From: Verrucomicrobiia bacterium
Lineage (GTDB): Bacteria > Verrucomicrobiota > Verrucomicrobiia > JADLBR01
Direction of reading: 5' to 3'
Assembly: GCA_035387945.1 (NCBI GenBank)
Contig: DAOOOX010000002.1
Coordinates: 139,282 to 203,281, forward strand
Length of the DNA: 64,000 nucleotides
Below the pieces are notes generated by a model. The model did not search any database, was not told the DNA's origin, and saw nothing but the letters and a program-made list of their open reading frames with translations. Positions within the stretch are counted from its first letter, which is position 1. The number at the start of each line of letters is the position of its first letter. The position numbers and the translations under genes were made by a program. This document shows, in pieces, positions 1 through 9,945 of the stretch.

Positions 1-123
1 AGTGGGCCAACCCAAGCCCCCCACCCACATTGGGGCGCCAAAGCAGGCTCCGATAACACGCCTGAATGGCCGATATACCATTGAAGAATCGCCGCGGACG
101 GGCGATATTATCGGCCGGGAAGC

Positions 124-927
124 GTGAATCCAACCTTCGCAGCCGAGGGCACGATCTACTATGGGGATCTTTTCACCCTGATGGATGAGGTACAAACCCT
201 ATCCAACGCCAACAAAACCGGATACTTGGAAATCAAGACGGAAGGTCAACCGTCCTATTTGTTTTTCGAGGATGGCCAGATCATCGATGCCGTGCATGGG
301 GAGCGCCGGGGTTCCGAGGCGGTATTCTCGCTGCTGCGGTTGCCGAAGACCGCCACCACGTACACACACGGTTATCGTCACCCCTACCGGACCATCGACC
401 AACCCTCCATCGCATTGCTCATAGAAGCCGCCCGCAGGGCCGACGAGGCTAGCCACGAGACCCCACGCGATGGCGAATCGGTGACCCCGGCGCTCCAGGT
501 ATTTGCCGGCTACCAGACCGCGAGACACTTCCCCCTCGAACGCGAGTTGCTCAAGATAGGCCGCTCCTTGGATAACGACATCGTTATCGCAGACCCCTCG
601 ATCTCGCGCTACCATGCGCGACTCGAAGTCCGCGATTTCGGCGTCATCCTCAGGGACCTCGGTTCCCGAAACGGCACCTGGCTGATGTCCCACCGCATCT
701 GCGACGTCGTCCTTCAACCCGACGACAGCCTCCATTTTGGCCTCGTGTCAGCACGCTTCGTCCACCGGGCATTTGTCGAACTCGGCTGGGAACCAACGAC
801 CGTCCCGGCAGCCGCCTCGGGCACCGCCAGAAAACCCACCCGGTCCATGATCGACGAAGACACGTTTCCCGAGGAAGCGGAGCCCCCCCCCATGGGCGAC
901 GCATACTGGGGACGCAGCGCCGCATAG
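124..927 (+). CDS. FHA-domain protein with an N-terminal DUF4388-like domain
   Basis: The C-terminal half has FHA hallmarks (GRSLDNDIVIADPSISRYHARLEV...GSRNGTW). The N-terminus (GYLEIKTEGQPSYLFFEDGQIIDA) resembles DUF4388. The ORF starts on a GTG. Confidence 0.6.
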   Translation: MNPTFAAEGTIYYGDLFTLMDEVQTLSNANKTGYLEIKTEGQPSYLFFEDGQIIDAVHGERRGSEAVFSLLRLPKTATTYTHGYRHPYRTIDQPSIALLIEAARRADEASHETPRDGESVTPALQVFAGYQTARHFPLERELLKIGRSLDNDIVIADPSISRYHARLEVRDFGVILRDLGSRNGTWLMSHRICDVVLQPDDSLHFGLVSARFVHRAFVELGWEPTTVPAAASGTARKPTRSMIDEDTFPEEAEPPPMGDAYWGRSAA

Positions 928-1012
928 CCATCCCAGATCGGCGATCCAGCGGATCGCAAGAAAGCTCATCCGCCAGCGCGGCCGGACGCCACCGCGGGCG
1001 AGCCGCCAGCCC

Positions 1013-1522
1013 TTACCATCCCTCGGTGATCTTGGACACGATCTTGCGCGCCAGATCTTCTGCCAAGAGACCCATCGCCTGCCGCTCTGCCTCCTGCAAA
1101 TCCTGGCCGATGAAGAACTCCGTCTCGCCCGTGAATTCCTCGCCCTTGAAAATCGCCTCCGCGTCGCCGCGCTTCTTCAACGTGGCCTCGCCCTTCAGTT
1201 CGACACGGTATTCCGCCACCTGCCTCGTGTCGCGCCTCGAAGAGCGCTGAGGGCGCCGCTCGAACTCAATCAGTTTCACGTCGAGCGTGGCATCGGCATT
1301 CGGTTCGCGGACCACGCGCAGGGTCCCGTCCCGATGCAGGTTCTGGATGATCGCATCCGTGACCATGACCGAAATGCTCGGCTCGTATGTCTCGTTCTTG
1401 ACGACCGGCACGTATATCGTCCTGACCCCTCGCAATTCCTCGCCCGCGATGCTTCCAAGCCGATAGGCGCAACCACCCACCGCAACCGCCGCAACACATG
1501 CCACAATTATGCTCTTGCTCAT
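1013..1522 (-). CDS. Small lipoprotein, LptE-like
   Basis: It has a lipoprotein signal peptide with a lipobox (AVAVGGC). Its size and a conserved core (IYVPVVKNET...ATLDVKL) are compatible with the LptE fold. It sits next to a BamD-like TPR lipoprotein. Confidence 0.35.
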   Translation of the reverse strand: MSKSIIVACVAAVAVGGCAYRLGSIAGEELRGVRTIYVPVVKNETYEPSISVMVTDAIIQNLHRDGTLRVVREPNADATLDVKLIEFERRPQRSSRRDTRQVAEYRVELKGEATLKKRGDAEAIFKGEEFTGETEFFIGQDLQEAERQAMGLLAEDLARKIVSKITEGW

Positions 1523-1547
1523 AAAAATCTTCCGGACGTGACTCGGT

Positions 1548-2822
1548 CTACTGCACCGCAGGCTCCGGCAGGACCGGCCCGATCATCTCGTCATCCGCAG
1601 ACGGCGCGGCCGGCGCCGGCACCGGCTTCCGCAGTGCCACATCGGGCGCCAGTGGCCTATTCGCCCGCTCGACCGCAGGCGCCGAGACCGCCTCCGCTTG
1701 CGGCAACGGCTCGGCGTCGTCCATGCGCGGCTTGATCCCGGCAAACTCGGGCCCGTCCGGCACCGCCTCATCCATGGCCTGCGCCGACTTTCCCCGCTCA
1801 CGCGCCATGGCCTCCGCCGCCCGTTCCTGATGGCGCGCCAAATCCTTCGGCATTGGGGGTCCAGACTCGGTCATGGGCGTCAACTCCTCGATCCGCTTCA
1901 GCGCGATCTTGGCCATTTCAGAATCCGGCGCTTTCTGCACCACATCCCGATAGTAAATCACGGCCGCGTCAGGCTTCTTCTGCGTCTCGTAGAACTTCGC
2001 AATGTTGAACGACCCCTGCGTTAGGCGCCCGTGCACGATCGCCAGATTCTCCTTCGCCTGCGCGACTTTGTCGCTGTTCGGAAAACGCGCTATGAACTCC
2101 GTGAATGCCTGGATCGCCTTCTCGGCAGCCCCCTGATCGTAATCCGGCCGCTCGGCCGCCTGAAACCACACGTACCCGATCTGATAAAGCGCGTCATCCG
2201 CGATGTCGTGGCCCGGAAAACGGTCGAGCACCGTTTTGTAAGCCGTGATCGCCTCGCTCCATTTCTTGGTCTTCTCATTGCACAGCCCAATCTTGAACTG
2301 CGACTCTGCCGCATATCGGCCGTAGGGCGCATTCTTGATTATCTGGTCGTACATCTTCGCCGTCTGCTCCCAGGACGGCAGGAGCGGCATCTTCCAGATG
2401 CGCTGGGGCTCGCCCATCAGGAATAGATTCGCGATCTGGTACTGCCTCTCCAGCGCCTTCTCAAAGTACTCGCTCGCCGGATACTTCTCGACGCACTTCT
2501 GGTAGTCCTTAAACGCCCGCGAAAAATCCCCCTGTTGCTCGGAACACCACCCGATCCGGTACTGGGCCTCGCCAGAGTTGAATGAGAACGGCCACTTCCG
2601 CACCAGGGCCAGATACATCGTCTTGGCCTGCTTCCAGTCCTTGGACTCTTCGAGCCTCTTGCCGGCCTCCAGTTGATCTCGGGAGTTCGCCGCGACCGGG
2701 CCCTCTTCCGTCGCGTCCTCATTGACCCACCCTTCGCCGGGACGCCACACCAGGGCCCCCTGGGCCGAGAAGTAGCCCAGCAGCCCAGTGCACACCAGAG
2801 CTGTCCCCAAGATGCGCTGCAT
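1548..2822 (-). CDS. TPR-repeat outer-membrane lipoprotein, BamD/YbgF-like, with a Pro/Ala-rich C-terminal tail
   Basis: A signal peptide is followed by repeated TPR-like W/Y..A...Y helices (e.g. YQIGYVWFQAAERPDY). The C-terminus is low-complexity P/A-rich. Confidence 0.5.
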   Translation of the reverse strand: MQRILGTALVCTGLLGYFSAQGALVWRPGEGWVNEDATEEGPVAANSRDQLEAGKRLEESKDWKQAKTMYLALVRKWPFSFNSGEAQYRIGWCSEQQGDFSRAFKDYQKCVEKYPASEYFEKALERQYQIANLFLMGEPQRIWKMPLLPSWEQTAKMYDQIIKNAPYGRYAAESQFKIGLCNEKTKKWSEAITAYKTVLDRFPGHDIADDALYQIGYVWFQAAERPDYDQGAAEKAIQAFTEFIARFPNSDKVAQAKENLAIVHGRLTQGSFNIAKFYETQKKPDAAVIYYRDVVQKAPDSEMAKIALKRIEELTPMTESGPPMPKDLARHQERAAEAMARERGKSAQAMDEAVPDGPEFAGIKPRMDDAEPLPQAEAVSAPAVERANRPLAPDVALRKPVPAPAAPSADDEMIGPVLPEPAVQ

Positions 2823-2915
2823 GACCCTCTAATATCTGGCCTTCTTGGCCCATTGACAAGCCCCAACTCGGATCTTTACAGGCGGCCGGGCCTCGGGTTT
2901 ATTGGAATTTTCGAT

Positions 2916-4214
2916 ATGCAAACCATCCGCATCGGCATCGCAGGCTTGGGTGTCGTCGGTTCCGGGGTCGTCAAACACCTCTGGGCCAACGCCGATCTCA
3001 TCGCGGAGCGCACCGGCTTCCGGATCGAGGTCGCCCGCGTCGCAGAGCGCGACCCCGCAAGATGCTCGGCCCTCGGCATCGACTCATCCAGGCTGACCGT
3101 GGACCCCCTGGAGCTCGCCCGCGACCCCTCGCTCAAGATCGTCGTGGAACTCATGGGCGGCACCGGCATCGCCCGCCAGTTCATCGACCTTGCGCTGCGC
3201 CAGGGCAAAGGGGTCGTCACCGCAAACAAGGCCCTCCTCGCGGAGGCCGCAGAACCCCTCGTTGGCCTCGCAACCCAGAATCGCCTGCCTCTCTGCTTCG
3301 AGGCAAGCGTCGCCGGGGGCATCCCCATCCTCAAGGCCCTCCGAGAGGGCCTCGTCGCGAACCGCATCATCAGCATCCATGGCATCGTCAACGGGACCTG
3401 CAATTTCATCCTGTCCTCCATGACCCAATCCGGCCAACCATATGCGGAGGCGCTGGCCGAGGCACAGCGGCAGGGCTTTGCCGAGGCGGATCCCACCCTC
3501 GACGTCGGTGGCTTCGATGCGATGCACAAGGCCTGCATCTTGGCGGCACTCGCCTATGGTTTCTGGATCCGACCCTCGGACGTCCACACCCGCGGCATCG
3601 ACGCCGTGACGCCCGAGGATCTCCACTTCGCCAAGGTCCTCGGCTATACGATCAAGCACCTCGCGGTCGTCCGCTGCGACGAAGACGGGGCGGTGGAGGT
3701 GCATGTCGGCCCCACGCTGATCCCCTCCACCAATGTCATGGCATCCGTGGGCGGAGTCTTCAACGCCCTGGCCGTGCGAGGCGACGTCGTGGGCGACACG
3801 CTTTTTTATGGGCGCGGTGCCGGCCCGGATGCCACCGCCAGCGCGGTCATCAGCGATATCGCAGAGGCATCCTCGGCCCTCGCCCAGGGCTATCACTTGC
3901 CCGCCTGCGGAATCCACGGCCTCTACAATCGGTTTCGTCCCTACGGGGAAACCCGCAGCCGCTACTACGTCCGGTTCTCGGTCGCCGACAGGCCCGGCGT
4001 CCTCGCCCAGATCGCAGACGTCTTCGGCAAGCACCAGATAAGCATCGCCTCGGTCTTTCAGCCGAAGGAACATCCCGGGGCGGTCGTGCCCCTCGTGATG
4101 CTGCTCTACCGGGCCCGGGAACAGTATCTCCGCGATGCCCTCGCTGAGATCTCCCGGCTGCCCGTCAATCAGGGCGAATCGGTCGCGCTGCGCGTCGAAG
4201 ACTTCGACACGTGA
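2916..4214 (+). CDS. hom: Homoserine dehydrogenase
   Basis: NAD-binding N-terminus (IRIGIAGLGVVGSGV), the catalytic core motif (GIVNGTCNFIL) and a C-terminal ACT domain are all present. ATG at 2916 was verified in the DNA. The upstream part of track ORF 2673 is rejected as an extension. Confidence 0.9.
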   Translation: MQTIRIGIAGLGVVGSGVVKHLWANADLIAERTGFRIEVARVAERDPARCSALGIDSSRLTVDPLELARDPSLKIVVELMGGTGIARQFIDLALRQGKGVVTANKALLAEAAEPLVGLATQNRLPLCFEASVAGGIPILKALREGLVANRIISIHGIVNGTCNFILSSMTQSGQPYAEALAEAQRQGFAEADPTLDVGGFDAMHKACILAALAYGFWIRPSDVHTRGIDAVTPEDLHFAKVLGYTIKHLAVVRCDEDGAVEVHVGPTLIPSTNVMASVGGVFNALAVRGDVVGDTLFYGRGAGPDATASAVISDIAEASSALAQGYHLPACGIHGLYNRFRPYGETRSRYYVRFSVADRPGVLAQIADVFGKHQISIASVFQPKEHPGAVVPLVMLLYRAREQYLRDALAEISRLPVNQGESVALRVEDFDT

Positions 4215-4240
4215 CCTGGCCCGAGAATTCACATGCCGAA

Positions 4241-4299
4241 TCGTAGGAGCCTGCTTGCAGGCGACCCCATACGCGAATCGCGCGCAAGCGCGCTCCTGC
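4241..4299 (+). repeat. Palindromic extragenic repeat, family R1, copy a (between hom and the sulfatase)
   Basis: GTAGGAGCCTGCTTGCAGGCG...CGAATCGCGCGCAAGCGCGCTCCTGCG is an imperfect inverted repeat (AGGAGCcTGCTTGC / GCAAGCgCGCTCCT). Two more copies lie at 34774-34827 and 47048-47100; extended similarity continues about 20 nt downstream (CATTTTCCCCCCGG). Confidence 0.7.
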
Positions 4300-4420
4300 G
4301 TCTCATTTTCCCCCCGGCGGCGCCCCTGAGTCCGGCCATCTCCCGCCGTTGGGCATCTCACCGTCCCGCCCAAAGATAATGTTCGCGGTGCGCCCCGCAG
4401 TGGCCCGATACTGGGTCGCC

Positions 4421-5821
4421 ATGAGGATACTCCTGCTCCTTCTCGCCGCCTGCTGCACCGCAACCTCCGCACAAATCCCGAATTTCGTCCTCGCGATGGC
4501 CGACGATCAGGGCGCCGGCGACATGGCCTACTGCGGCCATCCCACCCTCCACACCCCAAACTTTGACAGCCTGTCGCGCGAAGGGCTCCGCCTCGACCGC
4601 TTCTACGCCGCCGCGCCCGTCTGCTCGCCCACCCGAGGCAGCGTGATGACGGGCCGCACGCCAAACCGATACGGCTGCTTCAAGTGGGGCTACACGCTCC
4701 GGCCTCAGGAGGTCACTGTCGCCGAAGCCCTCAGGCGCGCCGGTTACACGACGGGACATTTCGGCAAATGGCATCTGGGCTCCCTCCGGCCCGACAGCCC
4801 CACATGCCCCGGCCAGAGCGGTTTCGACACATGGTTCTCCAGCCCCAACTTCTTTGACGTCGACCCCTGGATGGCCCGCGAGGGCAAGTCGATCCACACC
4901 TCCGGCGAAGGCTCCGAGGTCATCGTCGATGCCGCGCTCGAATTCATCCGTGGTGCCGCCAGGGCCGGGCGCCCCTTCCTCGCCGTGGTCTGGTTTGGTT
5001 CGCCCCACTCACCGCACATCGGCACCGAAGCGGACCTCGCGCTCTATAAGGATCAACCCGAAAAAATGCGGCCTTTCCTGGCCGAGATCACCGCCATGGA
5101 CCGCGCCATGGGCAAGCTCCGCAGCGGTCTCCGCGACGCGGGCATCGCCCAGAACACCCTCCTGTGGTACTGCTCCGATAACGGCGCAATCCAAGAGGGC
5201 TCCACCGGCGGCCTCCGCGGCAAGAAAGGCAGCATCTGGGAGGGCGGCCTCCGGGTGCCCGCCCTCATGGAGTGGCCCGTGCGAATCCGCCAGCCCCGCG
5301 CGTGCGACGTCCCATGCGGCACCGTCGATATCTTCCCAACCCTTCTGGAACTGGCCGGCGCGAAAGTCCCCGCGCGCCCGCCCCTCGACGGCATCAGCCT
5401 CGCCTCACTCATCGATGGCACCATGGCCTCCCGCCCCAGCCCCATGGGTTTCTGGGATTACCCCATCCGCGGCCTCCAAACAAAAAGCACGGAACTCCTC
5501 GAGACCCTCGCCCAAGAGCAGGCCTCAGGAAAGGTCCGCCCAGCCGCGGAGGCCGAACCCATCCCCGCCGCCCAACTCCGCACCGACTACCCCACTGACT
5601 CGTTTCCGGGCCACGCCGCCTGGCTCGATAACCCTTGGAAACTCCACCGCATCCAAGAGAAAAACGGCCCCGTCAAATATGAACTCTACAACCTCGCCGC
5701 TGACCCGACCGAATCTCACGACCTCGCCAACACCGAACGCGAGCGCATCCCCCGCATGCAGGCCGGGCTGGAAAACTGGCTGCGCTCTGTCGTCGCCAGC
5801 CTCAACGGCGCGGATTACTGA
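4421..5821 (+). CDS. Formylglycine-dependent sulfatase (arylsulfatase family)
   Basis: Signal peptide MRILLLLLAACCTATSAQ. The sulfatase signature C-S-P-T-R-G-S-V-M-T-G-R (C-x-P-x-R) and GKWHLG are present. ATG 4421 was verified; alternative upstream starts are at 4349 and 4379. Confidence 0.85.
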   Translation: MRILLLLLAACCTATSAQIPNFVLAMADDQGAGDMAYCGHPTLHTPNFDSLSREGLRLDRFYAAAPVCSPTRGSVMTGRTPNRYGCFKWGYTLRPQEVTVAEALRRAGYTTGHFGKWHLGSLRPDSPTCPGQSGFDTWFSSPNFFDVDPWMAREGKSIHTSGEGSEVIVDAALEFIRGAARAGRPFLAVVWFGSPHSPHIGTEADLALYKDQPEKMRPFLAEITAMDRAMGKLRSGLRDAGIAQNTLLWYCSDNGAIQEGSTGGLRGKKGSIWEGGLRVPALMEWPVRIRQPRACDVPCGTVDIFPTLLELAGAKVPARPPLDGISLASLIDGTMASRPSPMGFWDYPIRGLQTKSTELLETLAQEQASGKVRPAAEAEPIPAAQLRTDYPTDSFPGHAAWLDNPWKLHRIQEKNGPVKYELYNLAADPTESHDLANTERERIPRMQAGLENWLRSVVASLNGADY

Positions 5822-5830
5822 CCTGAAAAC

Positions 5831-5903
5831 TCCCGTGGCCGTGAGGCAGGCAATCCTGCCTGCCGCCGCGTGCCTTGGACGCCGTCGCGGGCAGGATTGC
5901 CCG
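5831..5903 (+). repeat. Palindromic extragenic repeat, family R2, copy a (3' of the sulfatase, 5' of the GntR gene)
   Basis: GCCGTGAGGCAGGCAATCCTGCCTGCCGCCGCGTGCCTTGGACGCCGTCGCGGGCAGGATTGCCCGCG has a 12-14 bp stem (GGCAATCCTGCC / GGCAGGATTGCC) around a GC-rich loop of about 30 nt. It is about 90% identical to 28981-29052. Confidence 0.7.
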
Positions 5904-5948
5904 CGTTACGCTCCAGTGGATTTGCACCCCCCGGCGGTGCCTCCCCCC

Positions 5949-5992
5949 TTGACATCCCCTTTTGCCCATGTCATCATCTGATCATATGAGTG
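5949..5992 (+). promoter_or_regulatory. Candidate promoter and near-palindromic operator upstream of or overlapping the GntR gene start
   Basis: TTGACA at 5949-5954 is followed 17 nt later by CATCAT. The segment CATGTCATCATCTGATCATATG has TCATCA / TGATCA half-sites in inverted orientation, as GntR/FadR operators often do. Confidence 0.2.
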
Positions 5993-6687
5993 CTGTCGCT
6001 ACCCATGCGCTGCGCCTTGAACGCCGCGAAACCCTCGTCGAAGCCACCGCCCGCGCCCTCATCCGGTACATCTCGAAACAAGGTCTGGTCGGTGGTGATC
6101 GCCTGCCATCGGAACCCGAACTGATCGACATGGTTGGCGTGAGTCGCCTGCCGCTGCGCGAGGCACTCTCGATCCTGAAAGGCATCGGGATCGTGGAGGC
6201 GCACCACGGCAAGGGCGTCTTCGTCAAAAACCTGGATATCGCCTCGGTCTTCAGCCTGCTCTCCCCGCTCCTGAAGGCACAGGTCAACATAGGTGTGCCG
6301 CAGATCATCGAGGCGCGTCTTCATCTGGAACCTGTCATCGCCTCGCTCGCAGCCGAGCACCGGAGCCATGCTCATTTGGCTGAACTGAAGGAGCAGATCG
6401 CACAGATGAAGGCCCACTTGGAGGATCGCGCGACATTCATCGATGCCGACGTCGCTTTCCACCAGTGCCTCGCACGCGCGGCGGGCAATCCGATCTTCCA
6501 CGTCTTCATGGCCGCCCTGACCGACCTGTTGCGCGAGGTGCAGTATCGCTACCCCGACCAGCTCCAGCACCGCGAGGCCTCCCTGAGATTCCACGAGCGC
6601 ATCAACGCCGCCGTCCAAAGTCGCGATGCCAGTGCGGCATCTTCCGCGATGCGCGAACACATCCAGTACATTGCCGAACGGCTGTGA
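5962..6687 (+). CDS. GntR-family transcriptional regulator (FadR-like C-terminal domain)
   Basis: N-terminal winged HTH (LPSEPELIDMVGVSRLPLREALSILKGIGIVEAHHGKGVFV) with an all-helical C-terminal effector domain. Its stop overlaps the GTG start of the downstream gene (GTGA). Confidence 0.8.
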   Translation: MPMSSSDHMSAVATHALRLERRETLVEATARALIRYISKQGLVGGDRLPSEPELIDMVGVSRLPLREALSILKGIGIVEAHHGKGVFVKNLDIASVFSLLSPLLKAQVNIGVPQIIEARLHLEPVIASLAAEHRSHAHLAELKEQIAQMKAHLEDRATFIDADVAFHQCLARAAGNPIFHVFMAALTDLLREVQYRYPDQLQHREASLRFHERINAAVQSRDASAASSAMREHIQYIAERL

Positions 6688-9600
6688 GAACCATCTCGAT
6701 CGCCATCGTCTTCGCAGCTCTCCTCGGCGAGGTTTCGACCGCCGCCTCTCCCACGTCGTTCGTCTTCACGCTGGTGCCCGATGCGCGCGCCAACGCGGCC
6801 ATCCAAACCGAACTTGAGTACGACACCCGCGAGTGGCACGGCTCCACTTTCTGGACCGGACCCGATTGGACCCGCGTTGGAAAAGACTGGCACCACCCGG
6901 GCCAGAACACAGCCAGCGTTCGCCGCTTCACCTGCCCGCGCGATGGACACATCACGATCGCGGGACGCGTTTTCAAACGACACCTCGCCGGCGACGGAAT
7001 CGTTGCCAGGGTCTTCCACAACAACCGTGAAATCTGGCGCGTCCAGATCGCCGGCGACGACGCCACCGGCAAGTCTCACAAGCTCCCCATAAACGCCCAA
7101 CGGGGCGACACGGTCCGCTTCGTTGTCGAGAAAAACGGCAGCATCGGTTGCGACACAACCGGCTGGGACCCCACCATCGCGTACGACGACGGGACCGCTT
7201 TCACCGCCTCGGCCGCCTTCGCCGCGCACACGCAGGGCGCTTCGGGTTGGCATTACGAAATGGCTCCAGACGGTCAACCCCTGAAACCAACGCCATCGGC
7301 CAGCATTCGCTATTTCGGCCCAGACCTGAGCCTAACAGAAAAATCTCTTCCCGCTCGCCTCACCCAGCAGGACGCCCTCCCGTTCGCCATCATCTCAGCC
7401 ACCCCCAACGACCCGGCCCACGTCGTCGCCTTTGACTCATCCGCTCCATGGGCCCTCTCCGCAGCCCCAATGCCCGACGGCACCGTCCGCCTCGCGGGGG
7501 TATCCGAGAGCTCCGCGCCAGTCTGGCACGCCAAATTCCGAGGCGACTGGGCCAACGGCCTCATCGCCATGGAAGCCGCCATTCGTTCCGGCGATGCACC
7601 GGCCACGCTCCGCAAATGGTTCGACATGACCCTCGCGCGCACCGAAACCACGCTGCCCCTCTGGGCCATGGTCCAGGAAGAATGGATCCGCCAGGACCAG
7701 ATCGATGGCTCGGTCTCCCGTTATCTCGCGGCCACGACCAACCAGACCGCCCGCGCAATGGCGGCGCTCGCCTCACTGGGAGATGCCCCAGGCGCGCCCC
7801 CCCGGCAGACCGCGATCGGGGAACTCTCCCGATTAAGCGCTCGATGCTCAGGGTCGCTCGCGGGCGCCGCCGCCCGCTCCCTCTGGCTGGATGCCCGCAT
7901 TTTGAAGCGCCGCATCCTGCTCGCCCACCCGCTCCTTGATTTCGGCGAGTTGCTCGTCTGCAAGCGCGCCATGCCCTCATGGAGCCACCTTGTCGCCCAA
8001 TACTTTGGATGGCGGCAGCGCCCCGGCGGCGGCCTCTTCGTCGTCACCAGCCCCGGCCACTCCCTCGAAACCCGGGACATACTTCGCTCCCAGCTGCCCC
8101 CCGGCAGCGTGCTCGAGCCCCGCCTCGCGCCGGATGGTCGCCGCATCCTGTTCGCCCACGTTGCCTGTGGCACTGACGCCCCCGAACCCGACCAGCTGCC
8201 CGTCAACGAGCGCGGCGATGGCGACCGCTATTTCCACCTCTACGAGATCAACATCGACGGCTCCGGTCTGCGCCAGATCACCGACGATTCTTATGACGAC
8301 ATGATGGCCGAGTACCTCCCGGGCGGCGATATCGTCTTCTGCTCCACTCGGCGCAAAGGCTATTCACGCTGCTTCGGGCCCGAATACTCCAACCGCTGGC
8401 ACACTTACACCCTCCACCGCATGCGACCCGATGGCTCACACATCCGCACCCTGTCCTTCAACGACGTCTCCGAATGGTTCCCATGCATCGCCCCATCAGG
8501 AGAGGTGCTTTTTGCCCGCTGGGACTACATCGACCGCGATGCCGTCACCCATCAGAACCTCTGGGCTATGCGCCCCGACGGCACCAACCCCACGGCCCTG
8601 TGGGGCAATGCCACCCCAAAGCCCCACTGCACCTTCCAAGCCCGCCCTGTCCCCGGTAGCCGAAAACTTGTCTTCATCGCGTCCGCTCACCACTCCATCA
8701 CCGGCGGACCCGTCTGCCTCCTCGATCCCACCATAGATCCCAACAGCCTCGACGCCGTCACCCGCCTCACGCCCGAGCCTTTCCCCGAGGCAGAGGGCAA
8801 ACCGAAGGAGTGGTATCAGTCGCCATGGCCACTCTCGGAATCCCTCTTCCTCGTCGCCCACAGCCCGTTCCCGCTCCGCTTCCAGGGCGAGCACATCCGC
8901 GAACCCAACCCCGATAATGCTCTTGGCATCTGCCTCCTCGATTCCTCCGGAAACCGCGAATTGCTCTACCGTGACCCAGACATATCCACCACCACCCCAA
9001 TCCCGCTGCGCCCCAGCGGCCAACCCGCCAAGGCCATCGCCACCACCTGCCCATCCACCGAGACCGGTGTCGGTCGCATGCTGGTCGCCGATATTTACCA
9101 AGGACTCGGGGATGTCCCGCGCGGTACGATCAAGGAACTGCGCATCGTCCAGCTCTTTCCAAAATCCACATGGCTCGCCAATAATCCCCGCATGGGTGTG
9201 GCCGGCGAAGAGAACGGTCGCGCAATCATTGGGACCGTGCCCGTCGAGGCCGATGGCTCCGCGTACTTCGAGGTGCCGGCCGGCAGGCAGATCCTCTTTC
9301 AGGCGCTCGACTCCTGCGGCATGGCATACCAGACCATGCGATCATCCACCTATGTCCAGCCCGGCGAGACGACCGCTTGCATCGGTTGCCACGAGCACCG
9401 CATGCTGGCGCCTCCCCCCGCCTGCGGACGACCTCTGGCCACCACCCGCCCGCCATCGCGAATCGACCCGGGAAAGCTGGGGGGCCGCCCCTTCGGCTTC
9501 GTCGAGATGGTGCAGCCCATCTTGGATGCCAAATGCGTGAGCTGCCACGGCGGCGAAAAGACAGACGGGGGCATCGATCTCTCCAGAAAGCCCGAGGCCG

Positions 9601-9941
9601 GCTTTAACCGCGCCTACATCGCCCTCTGCGGAACACCCGATTCATGGAAGGAACGCGGCTTCGTCCCCGCCTTTGCCGAGAAACTTCTCGTCCCCCGCTT
9701 CGTGCAGCGCAACCAGATACAGATGACTCCGCCCGGCGGCGCGTACGGCGCCCGCGGCAGCCGACTCATGCGGCTCCTTCTCAATGGCGACGGCCACGAG
9801 GGCGTCAGACTCTCCGACGACGACATCCGCCGCCTCGCCGCATGGATCGACCTCAACGCCATCTTCTACGGCTCATACGACCCAGAACACCAAGCCGCCC
9901 AGCTCGTCGGCAAACTCGTCCCCATGCCCGCCACCCAGTGA
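6684..9941 (+). CDS. Secreted di-heme-c beta-propeller protein, HzsA-like architecture (paralog A), with an N-terminal beta-sandwich domain
   Basis: GTG 6684 (verified in frame) gives signal peptide MRTISIAIVFAALLGEVSTAASP; the track ORF start at 6465 overlaps the GntR gene and is rejected. PD40/TolB-like propeller repeats (HLYEINIDGSGLRQITDD; ARWDYIDRD...MRPDGTNP). Two CXXCH motifs (CIGCHEHR, CVSCHGGE). C-terminal motif AAWIDLNAIFYGSYD is shared with the three downstream paralogs. Confidence 0.6.
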   Translation: MRTISIAIVFAALLGEVSTAASPTSFVFTLVPDARANAAIQTELEYDTREWHGSTFWTGPDWTRVGKDWHHPGQNTASVRRFTCPRDGHITIAGRVFKRHLAGDGIVARVFHNNREIWRVQIAGDDATGKSHKLPINAQRGDTVRFVVEKNGSIGCDTTGWDPTIAYDDGTAFTASAAFAAHTQGASGWHYEMAPDGQPLKPTPSASIRYFGPDLSLTEKSLPARLTQQDALPFAIISATPNDPAHVVAFDSSAPWALSAAPMPDGTVRLAGVSESSAPVWHAKFRGDWANGLIAMEAAIRSGDAPATLRKWFDMTLARTETTLPLWAMVQEEWIRQDQIDGSVSRYLAATTNQTARAMAALASLGDAPGAPPRQTAIGELSRLSARCSGSLAGAAARSLWLDARILKRRILLAHPLLDFGELLVCKRAMPSWSHLVAQYFGWRQRPGGGLFVVTSPGHSLETRDILRSQLPPGSVLEPRLAPDGRRILFAHVACGTDAPEPDQLPVNERGDGDRYFHLYEINIDGSGLRQITDDSYDDMMAEYLPGGDIVFCSTRRKGYSRCFGPEYSNRWHTYTLHRMRPDGSHIRTLSFNDVSEWFPCIAPSGEVLFARWDYIDRDAVTHQNLWAMRPDGTNPTALWGNATPKPHCTFQARPVPGSRKLVFIASAHHSITGGPVCLLDPTIDPNSLDAVTRLTPEPFPEAEGKPKEWYQSPWPLSESLFLVAHSPFPLRFQGEHIREPNPDNALGICLLDSSGNRELLYRDPDISTTTPIPLRPSGQPAKAIATTCPSTETGVGRMLVADIYQGLGDVPRGTIKELRIVQLFPKSTWLANNPRMGVAGEENGRAIIGTVPVEADGSAYFEVPAGRQILFQALDSCGMAYQTMRSSTYVQPGETTACIGCHEHRMLAPPPACGRPLATTRPPSRIDPGKLGGRPFGFVEMVQPILDAKCVSCHGGEKTDGGIDLSRKPEAGFNRAYIALCGTPDSWKERGFVPAFAEKLLVPRFVQRNQIQMTPPGGAYGARGSRLMRLLLNGDGHEGVRLSDDDIRRLAAWIDLNAIFYGSYDPEHQAAQLVGKLVPMPATQ

Positions 9942-9945
9942 TCTC

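Noticed and set aside
3084-4664. Long antisense ORFs opposite clearly assigned genes. Examples: 3084-4664 opposite hom; 11932-13575 and 15649-16689 opposite the heme-propeller genes; 21296-22645 opposite the CotH gene; 30490-31341 and 33128-34228 opposite the glycan genes; 47434-48360 opposite parB; 54979-56367 opposite cimA.
   Set aside because: The translations are low-complexity and Arg/Gly/Pro/Ala-rich with no recognisable domains. They overlap genes with strong homology signatures on the other strand. High GC suppresses stop codons in non-coding frames.
6465-6683. The upstream 73 codons of the 6465-9941 track ORF (MPRTRGGQSDLP...), which overlap the 3' end of the GntR gene in another frame.
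   Set aside because: The region is Arg/Pro-rich with no signal peptide. An in-frame GTG at 6684 immediately follows the GntR stop and yields a canonical signal peptide. All three paralogs begin with signal peptides.
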